A stretch of 64,000 nucleotides of DNA from an uncultured delta proteobacterium (GCA_963708295.1 CAVPSJ010000004.1:128001-192000); one strand, 5' to 3'. Counted from the first letter of the stretch, positions 29,385 through 41,379 are shown. The notes: generated from the letters alone by a model not told the origin. Numbers and translations: made by a program.

Positions 29385-31180
29385 TATTCCTTATCCTCAA
29401 CCCTTTGGTCTGACTGTCGTCTGTAGATCTCGCGAATCGCCCGGTTGAGGTATCCCTCCGGATCATCGACTGTTTCCTTGGTTACAATGAACTCTCTTTG
29501 ACCCGTCTTATCCCGGATCAGCTCGAACCCGTACTCAAAATCTTTTGAAAGCTTGGAGAAGAGGGCTGTCCCCTTGCCTTCCTCCTTCAGGATGATCTCC
29601 GTGACCCGATGAATGGCCTCCTCGCTAAATTGGAGGTCAATTCCGGTCCGGCGCTGAAAATCCCTCTCAAACTCTTCCACCTTTCGTTGAATCTCCACCA
29701 CTTCTTCGGAAACGGTGTTGACATCAAACCCTCTTTCAATCATCCGATTGACGATGAGGTCGATCCGGCCCTCCCGGAAAACAATCCCGTAACGTTTCTT
29801 AAATTCTGCCTCTCTGCCCACGATCGATTCTTTTAAGACCGCCTTCTCCCTTGAAAGAAGGGTTTCAAATTTCTCCAGCACCTCCGGATCGGTAGGATTC
29901 TCCAGCAATCGTCCTAATGCCCGTTCCGGATCTTCCACTACCGCTCGTGTAACGACAAACTTCGGGATATCGGTGGAGGGCAGCCGCTTTTCGAATTTGA
30001 TGAGAATTTTCTCAACCGCACTGACCAAGCCTCTGGCACCCGTCTTTTCTTCGTAAGCCTTGACAGCCAGTTCATAGAGGGCTTCCTCTTCAAACTGAAT
30101 GTCGATGCCATAGGATTTGAAATCTTTCTTTTTTCCGAGGATGATGGGGTTATTGGGATTCTTCAGAATCGCGTAGAGGTCATCCACCTCCAGTTTTTCA
30201 AAAACCGTCGTCACCGGTAGCCGCCCGATGAATTCCGATTCGAACCCATAAGCGATCAAATCCTCTGCCTTTACCTGTCTCAGATAATCCGCGCGTTCGT
30301 CCTTCGAACGGATCTCGGCCCCGAAACCAATCTCTTCTCGATTCAAGCGCTTCTTGGCGATCTCCTCCAGGCCATTGAAGGCCCCGCTCATAATAAACAG
30401 GATATTCTTGGTATTGATGGCCCGTTTTTCCCTTTTTCCCGTCTTCCGGTAATGTTCGATCGCCTCCAGCTGGGAGATCGGGTCATGGGGAACTTTTAGA
30501 TCCACCTCGGTCTCTTCCATGGGCTTGAGCAGAGCCCGTTGAACTCCCGTCCTAGACACATCCGGACCGATCAGATTGTTCGAGGAGGCAATCTTATCGA
30601 TTTCATCTACATAAATGATTCCATACTGTGCCAGATCCATGTCTCCGTTGGCTTCATAAACGAGATCCCTGACGAGATCTTCCACGTCGCCACCGACATA
30701 ACCGGTCTCGCTGAACTTGGTTGCATCCCCTTTCACAAAAGGGACTCCAATCTTGTTGGCAATCAACTTGATCAGGTAGGTTTTCCCCACTCCGGTGGGG
30801 CCAATCATCAAGATGTTATTCTTGATATGGCCTACCCCTTCGTATCGATTTCGCCCTCGGGTCATTTCAGTGAACTTGATCCGATTGAAGTGGGTACAGA
30901 TTTTGGTGGACAGGATCTCTTTGGCTCCATCCTGTCGAATGATGTAATCATTCAGAAAGGCTTCCAGCTCCTCCGGTTTCAGGTCGAAATGAATCTTCTT
31001 TTTCCCCTCGCCCTGTTCCTTTTCCTCTTTCGAAACCTCTTCGGTCTCGGGTTTCGGGAAAAGCATCGGCACGACCAGTCGAATCCGGTCTCCGTACTTC
31101 TTCCCCAGGTATTCGTTCAGTTCCTTTTCCAGGTCTTTCTGATCCGGAACTTTCGAGTCAGAATCTTTCATCGATATCAA
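29384..31180 (-). CDS. ClpX-like AAA+ ATPase lacking the zinc-binding domain, with C-terminal extension
   Basis: [33 protein letters not shown] loop, TGARGL. Confidence 0.88.
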   Translation of the reverse strand: MISMKDSDSKVPDQKDLEKELNEYLGKKYGDRIRLVVPMLFPKPETEEVSKEEKEQGEGKKKIHFDLKPEELEAFLNDYIIRQDGAKEILSTKICTHFNRIKFTEMTRGRNRYEGVGHIKNNILMIGPTGVGKTYLIKLIANKIGVPFVKGDATKFSETGYVGGDVEDLVRDLVYEANGDMDLAQYGIIYVDEIDKIASSNNLIGPDVSRTGVQRALLKPMEETEVDLKVPHDPISQLEAIEHYRKTGKREKRAINTKNILFIMSGAFNGLEEIAKKRLNREEIGFGAEIRSKDERADYLRQVKAEDLIAYGFESEFIGRLPVTTVFEKLEVDDLYAILKNPNNPIILGKKKDFKSYGIDIQFEEEALYELAVKAYEEKTGARGLVSAVEKILIKFEKRLPSTDIPKFVVTRAVVEDPERALGRLLENPTDPEVLEKFETLLSREKAVLKESIVGREAEFKKRYGIVFREGRIDLIVNRMIERGFDVNTVSEEVVEIQRKVEEFERDFQRRTGIDLQFSEEAIHRVTEIILKEEGKGTALFSKLSKDFEYGFELIRDKTGQREFIVTKETVDDPEGYLNRAIREIYRRQSDQRVEDKE

Positions 31181-31291
31181 ACTCCTTTTTCCGCGCCATT
31201 TACTCCAGTTAATATAACCATTACTTCCTTATTTTTCAACTCACCGATGGGAGGTGGGGGGTGAACCGAGAATGGGATGAAGAAGATAGGG

Positions 31292-32340
31292 TTAAATGAA
31301 CTGGATGGACTTCAGTCTATCTTCCTCCCAAAGGAAACGGCGTCTCCTTCTTTTCCGATAGCCTTTCCGGTACTGTATGATAGCCCCGACCACGAGGGGA
31401 AGGGCCACCGTCGCGTCCATATAGACGACCGCATAGCTTGACCTTTTCTCAATTTTCCCCCAAGACTTCGCTTCTTCGAAGGTACAGCCGGAGAGCCCCC
31501 CCCATTTGGGATCATCCGTGGTGACCTGGAAGGCATACCGATGGCCACTTCCCTTTTGGAACAGGAGGTCACTGACGGGTCCCAATTGTTGAATATAATT
31601 CTTGGGAACCCCTCCTCCAATATAGATCGCCCCGGTGACGGAAGCCATTTTCTTCAATTGGGCGATCTCGAAGCTGTCTCGAATCTGGTCGATGATGAAT
31701 CCTTCCGAGGAGATCTTCTCTTGGAGATGGAGAAAGGTAAGACCGATTCCAATGGAACTGTCGCTCAGGGCAGGAATAAAGATGGGAACCCCGTATCGGG
31801 ATGCGGTGCGGAGGATCGATCCCTCATCTTTGAGGGCGCTCCCTAGAACCTCTAGAATATCGCCTGGAGGAAATCACCCTCTCCTCCAACTTCTCCGGGA
31901 CGTTTGAGAGAAGGCGTATCACCCGGTTGATTTCATGGTCATCCATCAGAGCATCATAAACTCGCACGATACGATGTTTGCGCAGGACATCGTCACTGAC
32001 TTCCTCCGACCCCACATAATGCCTATATCCAGAGCTCTCGAAGAGATCGTGAAAGATGTTGGCACCGGTAGAGACCATCACATCGACTAATCTCATCTCG
32101 ATCATGTCCCGGATGACCTTGCGCATTCCGCCCGGGATCATTGCCCCGGATAACCCGAGAAAGATAATGCAGGCTGGATCATCGAGCATCTTTCGATAAA
32201 CTTCGAAACATTTAAAGAGGTTTCGGCTTTGAAAGGAAGTGTGTTGGAAGGCTTGGACAAGATCGAGAAGGCTGTTTCGTCTCATGGAGGTTTAGATGCT
32301 GAACGGGCTTTTGAAGAAACTTGGATTTCCTTTTTTTCAT
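31292..32340 (-). CDS. Deoxyhypusine synthase family protein (several apparent frameshifts)
   Basis: GLSGAMIPGG, STGAN, DSSIG, IGGGVPKNY, WGGLSGCTFEEAKSWGK, DATVALP spread over several frames. Confidence 0.85.
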
Positions 32341-32528
32341 CTTTGTCGCCAGGGGGTGAATTCTTGCGGAAATTATCAAATTAAAACAGGGAAGTCAAGG
32401 AAAATGATGGAAAATGATTCATTCATGATTCATTCTTTATCCCAAATGGCTTGACATTTGGAATGAAATGAGATATTTCAATCCCTTGAGAAAGGATAGG
32501 ATATCTTTTAGAAAGGTCGAACCCTCCT

Positions 32529-33644
32529 ATGGAGAAAACGCCAATCCGAATTGCCATTGTGGGCGTAGGAAATTGTGCCAGCGCCCTCATCCAGGGAATT
32601 GAGTTCTATCGAGAAAATAGCCGGAAGAACCCGAAATTTGAATCCCTTGGCTTGATGCACCTTGATCTCGGGGGCTACAAACCCTGGGATATTGAGGTGG
32701 GAGCAGCCTTCGATATCGACCGGAGAAAGGTGGGAAAACCCCTCAAAGATGCCATCTTCGCCAAACCCAATTGCACCAAGGTGATCTTCTCCGAACCTCA
32801 ATGATTCTGCCGTGATCGGTATCCATGGGAGAAGTGTTGGATGGGGTTTCAGAACATATGAAGGATTACCCTGAAGACCGGATCTTCCTCGTCGCCGATG
32901 AAAAACCTTCCAACGTGGAAAAAGTTCTCAAGGATTCTGGAGTGGAGATTCTCCTCAACTACCTTCCGGTGGGCTCGGATCGGGCAACTCAGTTCTATGC
33001 AGAGGCCTGTTTGAGCGCAGGGGTGAGCTTAATCAACTGCATGCCCAGTTTCATCGTTTCCGATCCTCGGTGGGCAAGACGGTTTGAAGAGAAAGGCATC
33101 CCGGTCGTTGGAGACGATGTCAAATCCCAGATGGGAGCGACCATCATCCATCGGGTGTTGGCAAAACTCTTTGAAGACCGCGGGGTGCGGTTGGACCGAA
33201 CCTACCAGATTAATACGGGCGGCAATACCGATTTCCTCAATATGCTCAATCGAAATCGCCTGAAGAATAAACGGATCTCCAAAACAGAAGCGATTCAATC
33301 CCAACTGGGTGTTCCGCTGGACGCCGGAGAATATTCATATCGGTCCTTCCGATTATGTCCCCTGGCAGAATGACAACAAGGTCTGTTTTCTCCGGATGGA
33401 AGGAAGGGGGTTCGGAGAAGTCACACTCAACCTCGAGCTGAGACTTTCTGTCGAGGATTCTCCCAATAGCGGCGGGATGACCATTGATGCCATCCGATGC
33501 TGCAAAATTGCCCGCGAACGGGGCGTGGGAGGTCCTCTTCTTTCGATCTCCGCTTATGCGATGAAGCATCCCCTCACCCAATTCCCCGACAACGAGGCCA
33601 AGGCCATGGTCGAGGAATTCATCGAGGGGAAGCGGGAACGCTAA
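32529..33644 (+). CDS. ino1: Inositol-3-phosphate synthase (at least 2 frameshifts)
   Basis: GVGNCASALIQG, NYLPVGS, GDDVKSQMGAT, GGNTDFLNM, GPSDYVPW, EDSPNSGG. Confidence 0.9.
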
Positions 33645-34712
33645 TTCCTCTCTCCTTCATCCATCGCTCCAACATAAGAGGAAGGCTTCTCTGCCCTTGA
33701 TCCTCTGGATCCTCCTTAAGAAATCTCAATCATCCTTTCTTAAATCTCGCTCCGAAGTACGTGATAGAGGGCTTGAAAATCTTCGAGGCGATGAATATAT
33801 CGATGATAGGCCAGGAGCACGGCATTATTGATGTCCACTTTCCAAAATTCCTGTAGCCTTCTGTTTTAAAGGAGGCCATCGTCTCCTTGAAATCCTCTTT
33901 CAAACGATGAAATAACTGCTTCTCTCCCTCTCAGTTTCTCATCCCTTGAAATCTCTTTGGCGTAGAAATCGGATAGCTGTTGACAGGCCTGATTGATCCA
34001 ACGAGAAAAGACGAGGTCATCCTCTCGGCAGTGGATGGCTTCGACCGCTTCCCGGGATCCGTTTCCATACTTCTCCGTCAAAAAATCGATCGCCCCCTGA
34101 TTCCCGACAAAAGTGGCGATCTGCTCATTGAAGTCGGTCTGGCCTTTAAAGTAGACCGTGGCGTGAGTCATCTCATGGAGGATGACATTGGCCAGTGTCG
34201 TCTCATCCCATTGGAGCATGGATGAAAAGATAGGGTCTTTCAGCCATCCGAGTGTGCTGTAGGCACCGCTCGCTGGACAAAGGTGTCGTACCCTTTCGTC
34301 TCGAGAAGGCGTTTCTCCTTTAAGACATCCCCCTGCGTAAAAAAACCTTTATAGGTCACCTTGCCGACAATGGGGAAGTTCCAGCGATAAGGCTGGAGAC
34401 GATCTTTCTCCGAGGCGGTAATGATCTGCAGAACCGGGCCTTTGACTTCGAAATATTTTGAGTAACTCTTGGTCCTCGTGAGACCCAGCCTTCTCCTCTC
34501 CGTAGTGTTTCACTTCCTGGATGAAGCGAATCTTCTCCTTGGCTTCACGGTCCACCCCTTCGTTCTGCAGAACCTCTTCAACCGGGACACTATGAAACGA
34601 TAATCGAGGATTGATGCCATCCCAGCTTGGAGAGGTAGAGAAGGTTTCCGCAGCCCGTTAAGGAAAGTGCAAACCATGTGAGGAATAAGAGAAACGTCAG
34701 GGATTCCATCAT
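33619..34712 (-). CDS. Putative zinc aminopeptidase lipoprotein (several frameshifts; end approximate)
   Basis: LTGC lipobox, W.FPIVGKVTYKGFF, AYSTLGWLKDP, HEMTH..VY.K...DFNE. Confidence 0.78.
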
Positions 34713-34743
34713 GAATTTTTCTTACAATATTCCTCGACGAGAA

Positions 34744-36790
34744 TCAAACCGTTTGACCTTTGGGAAGGGTAAAGCTCCTTGGTTGACCCAGGGTGCTGAG
34801 TTCAGCGTGTACCGGTGAGCAGAGAAGGGTTCGTCTTTCCTGAACTTCTGCAAAATGACCGACACCGCAATCAATCCGAATCCAACGATATCGTACAACG
34901 GTTGGGATAGACCAGCGCAAGGCCTCCCAAGATGAGCATGATTCTCTCATAGAGGGTTGTCTTCTTAAGAAGCCAATTCTCCACTCCTCCCGCCAGAGCG
35001 GCAATCCCGACAAATGCGGTGAAGGTGGTCCAGATCACATCGACCACCGGCCCTTTGAGCAGGATACCGATACCTTTGGGATCCAACGGTGAACATAAAG
35101 GGCACGATGAAGGCGGGCAGCGTATATTTCCAGGCATACATCGTGGTTTTATAAGGATTCCCTTTTGTCAGGGCGGCTGCAGCAAAGCATGATAGGGCTG
35201 TGGGCGGAGAGACCTCTGAAAGAATAGCATAGTAAAAGACGAACATGTGAGCAGCAAAATCGGGAATCCCCAGTTGAATCAATGCCGGTGCAGCAAATGA
35301 CGACGGCGATGATGTAGGAAGCGGTAACGGGTACAGCCAGTCCGATGATCCAGACGATGATCGCTGTGTAGATCGGTCGTCAGGAGGACACTTCCTCCGG
35401 CGTAGGCAATAATAATCGAACTGAACTTTAATCCCAAGACCTGTCAGGGTCACGACTCCCACAATGATTCCGGCGGCGGCACAGGTGGCCGCCACGCTCA
35501 AAACTCCGATGGAACCTCCTCGCAAGCGCCTTCACCAACTTCCGTGGGGTCAGGGCCGTATCTTTCCTGATGAAACTGACTGCAAAGGTGATGACCGTTG
35601 ACCAGAAGACGGCCATGATGGGCGTAAAGCCGATCACCATAATGACCACGATGGCCACAAGAGAGATGAAGTGAAATCCATAGAGGTACGTGAGCTGCCA
35701 CAGACTATACGTTTTATCGAAGGCAACCTCCTTGACCCCGAATCTTTTTGGCATCCAGTTCCACCATTAAAAAGATAGACCAATAGTAGAGGCAGGTCGG
35801 AATCAAGCCATGACGATCACGTCCAGGTAGGAGATCTTTAAGAATTCGGCGATAAGAAAGGCGGCTGCTCCCAGGACCGGAGGGGAAAGGATGGCACCAA
35901 TTCCTCCGGCCGAGAGGAGTCCCCCTGCCGCATCCTTGCTGTAGCCCGCCTTGGCCAACATGGGGTAGGCGACGGCTCCCAGGGTGACCGTGGTGGCCAC
36001 TCCGCTTCCCGAAGGCCCTCCGAGGAGAAAGGAGGCCAGTGTGACCGTTCGGCCCGCACTGGTGGCCTTTCCGCCCATCGCCGCGAAAGAAAAATCGATA
36101 AAGAACTTTCCTGCCCCGGAGAGTTCCAAAAAGGCCCCCCAGATCGTGAAGAGGATGATGAAGGTCGAAGAAACATCGATCGGAACACCAAAAATTCCCT
36201 CCAGCGTCATATACATATGTCCTACGATCCGGTCAAGATCGTATCCCCGATGGGTCCAGGGCGGAGGCAGCATCGGCCCGATGAATGCATAAATGAGGAA
36301 AGCAACCACGACTCCCGGCATGATCCACCCGCTCGTTCTGCGGGTCGCTTCCAGGACCAACAGAATCAACAGGATCCCAAAAAATATATCCCAAGAAATT
36401 CGGCACGACGGAGCGGTAAATAAATTGGTCAAAATCAATCAGCATATAAACAATGGTCGCAATGCCGAGAAGGGCAAGGAGATAATCATACCAGATAATT
36501 CTGTTTTTAAATCGCTTGAAAGAGGGGAAAACCAGGAAAGAGAGAAACAGGACGAACATGACATGGATTCCTCTTAAAACCTGGGTCATGATGATCCCGA
36601 TGGCTGCATAGAGGTGAAGGAGCGACATCACCACAGCAACCACGGTAATAAAAATGTCCATCCTTCCCGTGAGTCGGCGCGAAGGCCCTTCTTCCTCTTC
36701 GACGTACTTTTCAGCCTCCTTAAGGGCTTCCTCCGAAATCACCACTCCCTGATCGTTTCTCTTCTTCTCTTCTTCCAAGTTTTCCCTCAC
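34744..36790 (-). CDS. TRAP transporter fused 4TM/12TM permease (many frameshifts)
   Basis: LEATRR, EGIFGVP, SGAGKFFID, SGSGVAT, PPVLGAAAF, SEVSPPTAL, LPAFIVPF fragments over several frames. Confidence 0.88.
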
Positions 36791-36801
36791 GCGTGCCCTA
36801 G

Positions 36802-37015
36802 AAGGCTGCTGAAAAGGTCCTTTTTCCCAGGCTGCCCAAAAAAGGCCCGGTGCAAGGCCTCCCTCCCTCCGTCCCTCATGGCGGGGCTACGCGCAGGCAG
36901 GCGAATTCCTGAGACTGGCGTCGCGACGAATAAGGAGCGACTTCTTGCCACGTCCCCGAAGGGGACCGGACAATCCCGCGAAGCGCGGGACGGATGGTCA
37001 TTTTTCAGCAACCTG
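36802..37015. mobile_element. MITE copy C inside the TRAP operon
   Basis: CTAG|AAGGCTGCTGAAAA...TTTTTCAGCAACCTG|TTAG; contains the 37-nt module at 36915-36951. Confidence 0.72.
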
Positions 37016-37504
37016 TTAGTGATATTTCCAGACCACCGAGAAAAGATATTTCCCAAGAGTGAGAGATTCCGCTCTTAACTGAATCCGATCTCCTCCTTCT
37101 CCCATTTCGCTTAAATAGATTTTCCGGTCTCCCACGACCAGCCCTTGCCCTTCTCCCATGCTCTTCTTGATCAGAAAGACCGCACCCAATTTCAAATCCA
37201 CGGGATGAAATTCTTTCGACTCTTGAAATCCATAATACTCCATGACGGCCGGGCTTTTGGTTCTCACCCCTCTCAGGATAATGGCCTCGTGATCCACTTG
37301 GAATTCTTCCACAACGGGCTCGCGGTAGATCGAATGAATATAGAACTGAGAAAAAAGACCAGAGGACTCGATCCGGATATGGATCGCCTTTTGGCGTTCC
37401 ATGTTCTCAATATGAAGGAGGGTCACTTTCTTAAAAACAAGAACCCCTCCTGCCAGGATCGCGATTCCGATCCAGATCAGGAGGGGTATCCTCTTCCGTT
37501 TCAA
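37016..37504 (-). CDS. DUF1850-like TAXI-TRAP-associated protein
   Basis: F...YIHS....PV.EEF motif; lies between the TAXI binding protein and the permease. Confidence 0.75.
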   Translation of the reverse strand: MKRKRIPLLIWIGIAILAGGVLVFKKVTLLHIENMERQKAIHIRIESSGLFSQFYIHSIYREPVVEEFQVDHEAIILRGVRTKSPAVMEYYGFQESKEFHPVDLKLGAVFLIKKSMGEGQGLVVGDRKIYLSEMGEGGDRIQLRAESLTLGKYLFSVVWKYH

Positions 37505-38467
37505 TTACTTCACCTTAATCCCCTTCTCTGCAAAATACCGAATTGCCCCCGGATGGAAAGGGATGGGAGAGCCTCCGCCGGCCTGGGAGTCTAAAGAGAG
37601 GTACCTCGCATCTCTGTGGGATGCGACCAACTCGGGTTTATGGTCAAAGAGAGTTTTTAGAATGTCATAGGCCACATCGTCTTTCATCTTTTCATTACAA
37701 ATCAAGACATTCCAAACCACAGCAATGGGAACATCCGCATCCTGCCCGGGATAGGTCTTGGCAGCGATGACTCCTGTGACGTAGAGAGGCCCATACTTCT
37801 CCCTCATCTTCGGAACCGCATCCGCACTATTCAGAAGCCTTATCTTAATTCCCGGGGTCGCCCCCAAATCGGTGATCGCCGCGGTAGGAAGACCTCCAAC
37901 CCAGAAGAAGGCGTCAATCTTGCCGTCCTTTAATGCGCCGACTGACTCGGAGACGCCTAATTTATCTCTCGTCATGTCTTTATTTGGATCCAATCCGTTG
38001 GCTTCGATGACTCTCAGCCCCATGACTTCTGTACCGCTCCCCGGAGCACCGGTTGACACTCTTTTCCCTTTCAAATCCGACACCTTATCAATCCCTTTAC
38101 CCTCTGCCGTCACCACATGCATGTTGTTTGGATAGAGCACCGCCAGTGTCCTCAGAGGTACCTTCTCCTTGAATTGCGCCTTCCCCATGTAAGCATCCCA
38201 TCCCGTGTCTGCCATGATGAATGCCAATTCCGCTTTTTGTTTACCTACCAGAAGGCAATTATCAACCGAAGCGGTGGTCACCTCTGCCGTGGCTTCCAGA
38301 TAAGGGATGTATTTGGAGAGAATATTGGCCATCCCGCCGCCCATCGGATAGTAGACTCCTCCTGTTCCGCCGGTGGCAATGGATAGTCGAACCGTTTTCT
38401 GCGCCCATGCTGAAGAAAAAGAAAAAACGAAAAGCGAAAAGACTGCGAAAAGGAATAACCGACGCAT
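37505..38467 (-). CDS. TAXI family TRAP solute-binding protein
   Basis: IATGGTGGVYYP.G, GKRVSTGAPGSGTE, PIPFHPGA.RYF. Confidence 0.93.
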   Translation of the reverse strand: MRRLFLFAVFSLFVFSFSSAWAQKTVRLSIATGGTGGVYYPMGGGMANILSKYIPYLEATAEVTTASVDNCLLVGKQKAELAFIMADTGWDAYMGKAQFKEKVPLRTLAVLYPNNMHVVTAEGKGIDKVSDLKGKRVSTGAPGSGTEVMGLRVIEANGLDPNKDMTRDKLGVSESVGALKDGKIDAFFWVGGLPTAAITDLGATPGIKIRLLNSADAVPKMREKYGPLYVTGVIAAKTYPGQDADVPIAVVWNVLICNEKMKDDVAYDILKTLFDHKPELVASHRDARYLSLDSQAGGGSPIPFHPGAIRYFAEKGIKVK

Positions 38468-38617
38468 AAAAACCTCCTTTCAGGAAAGTTAAATGATTTA
38501 CTCTTATAGTAAATCCGTCCCCGATTGTCAACAAGAACTATGAAAAATCGCCCGACGGGCTGGGCGGTGTCGGACGAGGAGGAAGAGGACATCGGAAGGC
38601 CGAAATTGGAGGTCCTG

Positions 38618-40243
38618 TCATTGAGGTTCTGGCATCCGGACTTGCTCGACATGGGTGACCTGAAGTTCTCCTTTCACCAGACGGCAGCAAGTATGCTTCA
38701 GCCAGTTTCTGTCGTCTTGATCCGGAAAATCCTTCCGGAAGAAGGAACCCCTGCTTTCCGTCCGAAGCAGGCTTCCCTTCAAGATCGCCTTGAGAAGGAG
38801 CGCCACATTTTCCAGGTCTCTCTTTTTGAAGAGGTCTTTCAGGATGGCGGGATATACTTTCTCGATTTGTCTCTCAACGGCAGCCAACCGATCCAATCCC
38901 TCCTTCAAGGATTCCTCCGCCCGTTCAGGACCGGCATATCTCCAGGCCAGGTCCTTCAACTCCTTCAGCAGGTTTCCCGGTGGGTCGAAGGTTCCTCTTC
39001 TCTTTCTGAGATAATGCTGGACCTTTCGGTCCCATTTTTTCATGAAGTCCTCGGAGAAAGAAGGGGGTGGCCCGGGATCGGGTCCTTTCTGAAGGGCATA
39101 TTCCGCTGCCGATCGGCCGGCGATGATTCCAAACACAGCACCTTCGGTTAATGCGTTCCCCCCGAGTCGATTGGCACCATGAGCCCCCCACACGACCTCC
39201 CCTGCCGCAAAGAGGCCCGGGAGAGAGGTTTTTCCATTTTCGTCGATCTCCACTCCCCCCATGAAGAAATGAACTGCCGGGGAGACCAGAAAGGCGCGTT
39301 CCTGGAAAGGAAACCTTGATTTCCTTAGAAAATTGAGGGGATAACGCTCCCATTCTTCTCGCCGGACCTGGGTCAGATCAAAAAAGACATCCCCGACCTG
39401 AGAAGCGCGGTATAGGGCAATGGAGAAACGATCCCGTTCTTTAATGACCGCCTGGTTCAAATCCCGTCCCATGTTAAACTTCTCCAGAAGATCCTCCCCT
39501 TTCTCGCCGAGCAACCTCGCTTCCTTTGGATAGGGAGGATAAAGAAGAAAACACGAGAGCCTGGGCTCTCCCAAAACCAGAGGATAAAATTGAACGAATT
39601 CCAGGTCCAGGACGGGAAGTCCTGCCCGGAGGGCTAAGGTGTATCCGTCTCCGAGGATGCTCCGCTGGTTGTCATTCCGACGATAAATGGCCCCCGCTCC
39701 GCCGGTCGAAAGGAGGACCACTTTTGAATGAATCAAACAGGGTTTCCCGTCGTTCAAAAAACCGAATGCCCCCTGGACCTCCCCTTCTTCAACTACCAGA
39801 TCAAAAACGATTAACCCGGGGAGGAGTTTAATGGAACCGTCTTTCAGTCTTGCTACCAGAGGTTTGATGAGGAGACATCCGGGAAGCTGGGAGGAACCCT
39901 CCGGTCGAGCCACGATATACCCCATCTTCTTCTCAAGGACGGGGATTCCGTAGTCTTCCAACTTTCTGATGGCATCTGGACCTTTCTCAACGAGGGTCTT
40001 AACCCGCGTGGCCTCGTTCAGCCCCTTTCCGGATTCCAAGGTCGCCCGGAGATGATCTTCTTTGGAAAAGTGCGAATTCGAAACGGTGAAGGCGCCGTTG
40101 GCCAGCGACGTATTGGTCCCCATTCCAATGGCGAATTTCCCGACAACGAGGACCCGAAGCCCGGCTTTCTCCGCCTCCAGGGCCGAAAGAAGGCCAGCCA
40201 GTCCGCTGCCGATCACAAGGACGTCGGTGGTGAGTGTTTCCAT
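38618..40243 (-). CDS. SdhA/FrdA/NadB-superfamily FAD-dependent oxidoreductase (stand-alone)
   Basis: GSGLAG, STGG.G, EFVQFYP, HFFMGG, HGANRLGGNAL, RTESRG. Confidence 0.88.
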   Translation of the reverse strand: METLTTDVLVIGSGLAGLLSALEAEKAGLRVLVVGKFAIGMGTNTSLANGAFTVSNSHFSKEDHLRATLESGKGLNEATRVKTLVEKGPDAIRKLEDYGIPVLEKKMGYIVARPEGSSQLPGCLLIKPLVARLKDGSIKLLPGLIVFDLVVEEGEVQGAFGFLNDGKPCLIHSKVVLLSTGGAGAIYRRNDNQRSILGDGYTLALRAGLPVLDLEFVQFYPLVLGEPRLSCFLLYPPYPKEARLLGEKGEDLLEKFNMGRDLNQAVIKERDRFSIALYRASQVGDVFFDLTQVRREEWERYPLNFLRKSRFPFQERAFLVSPAVHFFMGGVEIDENGKTSLPGLFAAGEVVWGAHGANRLGGNALTEGAVFGIIAGRSAAEYALQKGPDPGPPPSFSEDFMKKWDRKVQHYLRKRRGTFDPPGNLLKELKDLAWRYAGPERAEESLKEGLDRLAAVERQIEKVYPAILKDLFKKRDLENVALLLKAILKGSLLRTESRGSFFRKDFPDQDDRNWLKHTCCRLVKGELQVTHVEQVRMPEPQ

Positions 40244-40284
40244 AGGTAGACCCGCTGAATGCAGGTCGGACGGAGTGATAGGAT

Positions 40285-40470
40285 TTAAGCCCGTTTTTTA
40301 GGCTTCATGGGTTTTTCACAGCAGATGATGTCGCAAGCATCAACACACCCGCACACTTCATCCACCGTCACGGCCAAACCGCATACGCCGCATTTATAAA
40401 CATCACCTTCCTTCACTCTCTTCTTCACAACTTTTCTTGCCACTTTTTTTGCGGGCTTCTTCGCTGCCAT
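40285..40470 (-). CDS. Small desulforedoxin-like Cys-rich protein with Lys-rich N-terminus
   Basis: YKCGVCGLAVTVDEVCGCVDACDIICCEKPM; GAGGAG RBS. Confidence 0.7.
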   Translation of the reverse strand: MAAKKPAKKVARKVVKKRVKEGDVYKCGVCGLAVTVDEVCGCVDACDIICCEKPMKPKKRA

Positions 40471-40557
40471 GGCCTTCTCCTCTCGCCTCAGGTTTTGACG
40501 TTCAACATCGGATGGCCGCTTCAAAAAGTTTTTGCATTCCATCCCTTTTGAGTATTC

Positions 40558-41379
40558 TTAGTTTCTCTCCATGGATTCCAATTCAAACTTAATATGCCCG
40601 ATGGGCAGTTCCAACTCCATCAGAATTGGAATCCTTCTCCCATCGGCCGTGTACCAGATCCGGATTCTTCCCTCCTTGTCTCCAAAGGTTGAAAAGGGGG
40701 TGCTGGATTCAAGGCATACCGCGTCAACTTCTCCATACATCGTTGACTGCACCCTCTCCTTTTTCGAATAAAAAACCATCTCCCGCAACTTCACCCCATC
40801 AAAGATGGACATCGAAATACTCTGCCCCGGACGAATCTCTTCTCTCAAATAACATTTGGCGAACATCGAAAGAGGGTCATATGTCTCGGATAAAAGGGGG
40901 ATCTCCTGCCTCTCCTTCTTCTCTCCCCTTTCGGCCAGCAACTTCCTATTAGGAAAATCAAACGTGAATGTTTGAAAATAATTTTTCTTCTCGACCAGAA
41001 GCCCCTCCTGGTCAATTTCTTTGACATATCGGACCGGAGAACAGGTCTCTGCTCGGACGGTTGAGAGGAATCGGTTGTTCATTCTGAATAAGAACCCAAG
41101 TGGAAGGGAACTCACGGAGGCATAAATCCGGTAAAGGGGCGTTCCCTGTTCAGAAGATCCATTTTCAATCTTAATGGAAGCCTTGAGAATGGGAACACCG
41201 AACTTCTTTGCCGTGTACAAGAAAACCTTTCCCGGCCCGGGTAGGTGTTCGGAGATTTGCTTCCGCTCATCACTCTGGACGAATCCCCCTCCTGAAACGG
41301 CTCCAAGGAAAAGAAAAATTCCGATCCCCAGCTTCCATCCGCCCTGTCTCATATCCTTCAACCCATTGGTGACTATCAT
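40558..41379 (-). CDS. DUF3108-like exported protein
   Basis: N-terminal TM helix, YDPLS, IW.TADGRRIP..ME..L.IG motifs. Confidence 0.75.
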   Translation of the reverse strand: MIVTNGLKDMRQGGWKLGIGIFLFLGAVSGGGFVQSDERKQISEHLPGPGKVFLYTAKKFGVPILKASIKIENGSSEQGTPLYRIYASVSSLPLGFLFRMNNRFLSTVRAETCSPVRYVKEIDQEGLLVEKKNYFQTFTFDFPNRKLLAERGEKKERQEIPLLSETYDPLSMFAKCYLREEIRPGQSISMSIFDGVKLREMVFYSKKERVQSTMYGEVDAVCLESSTPFSTFGDKEGRIRIWYTADGRRIPILMELELPIGHIKFELESMERN

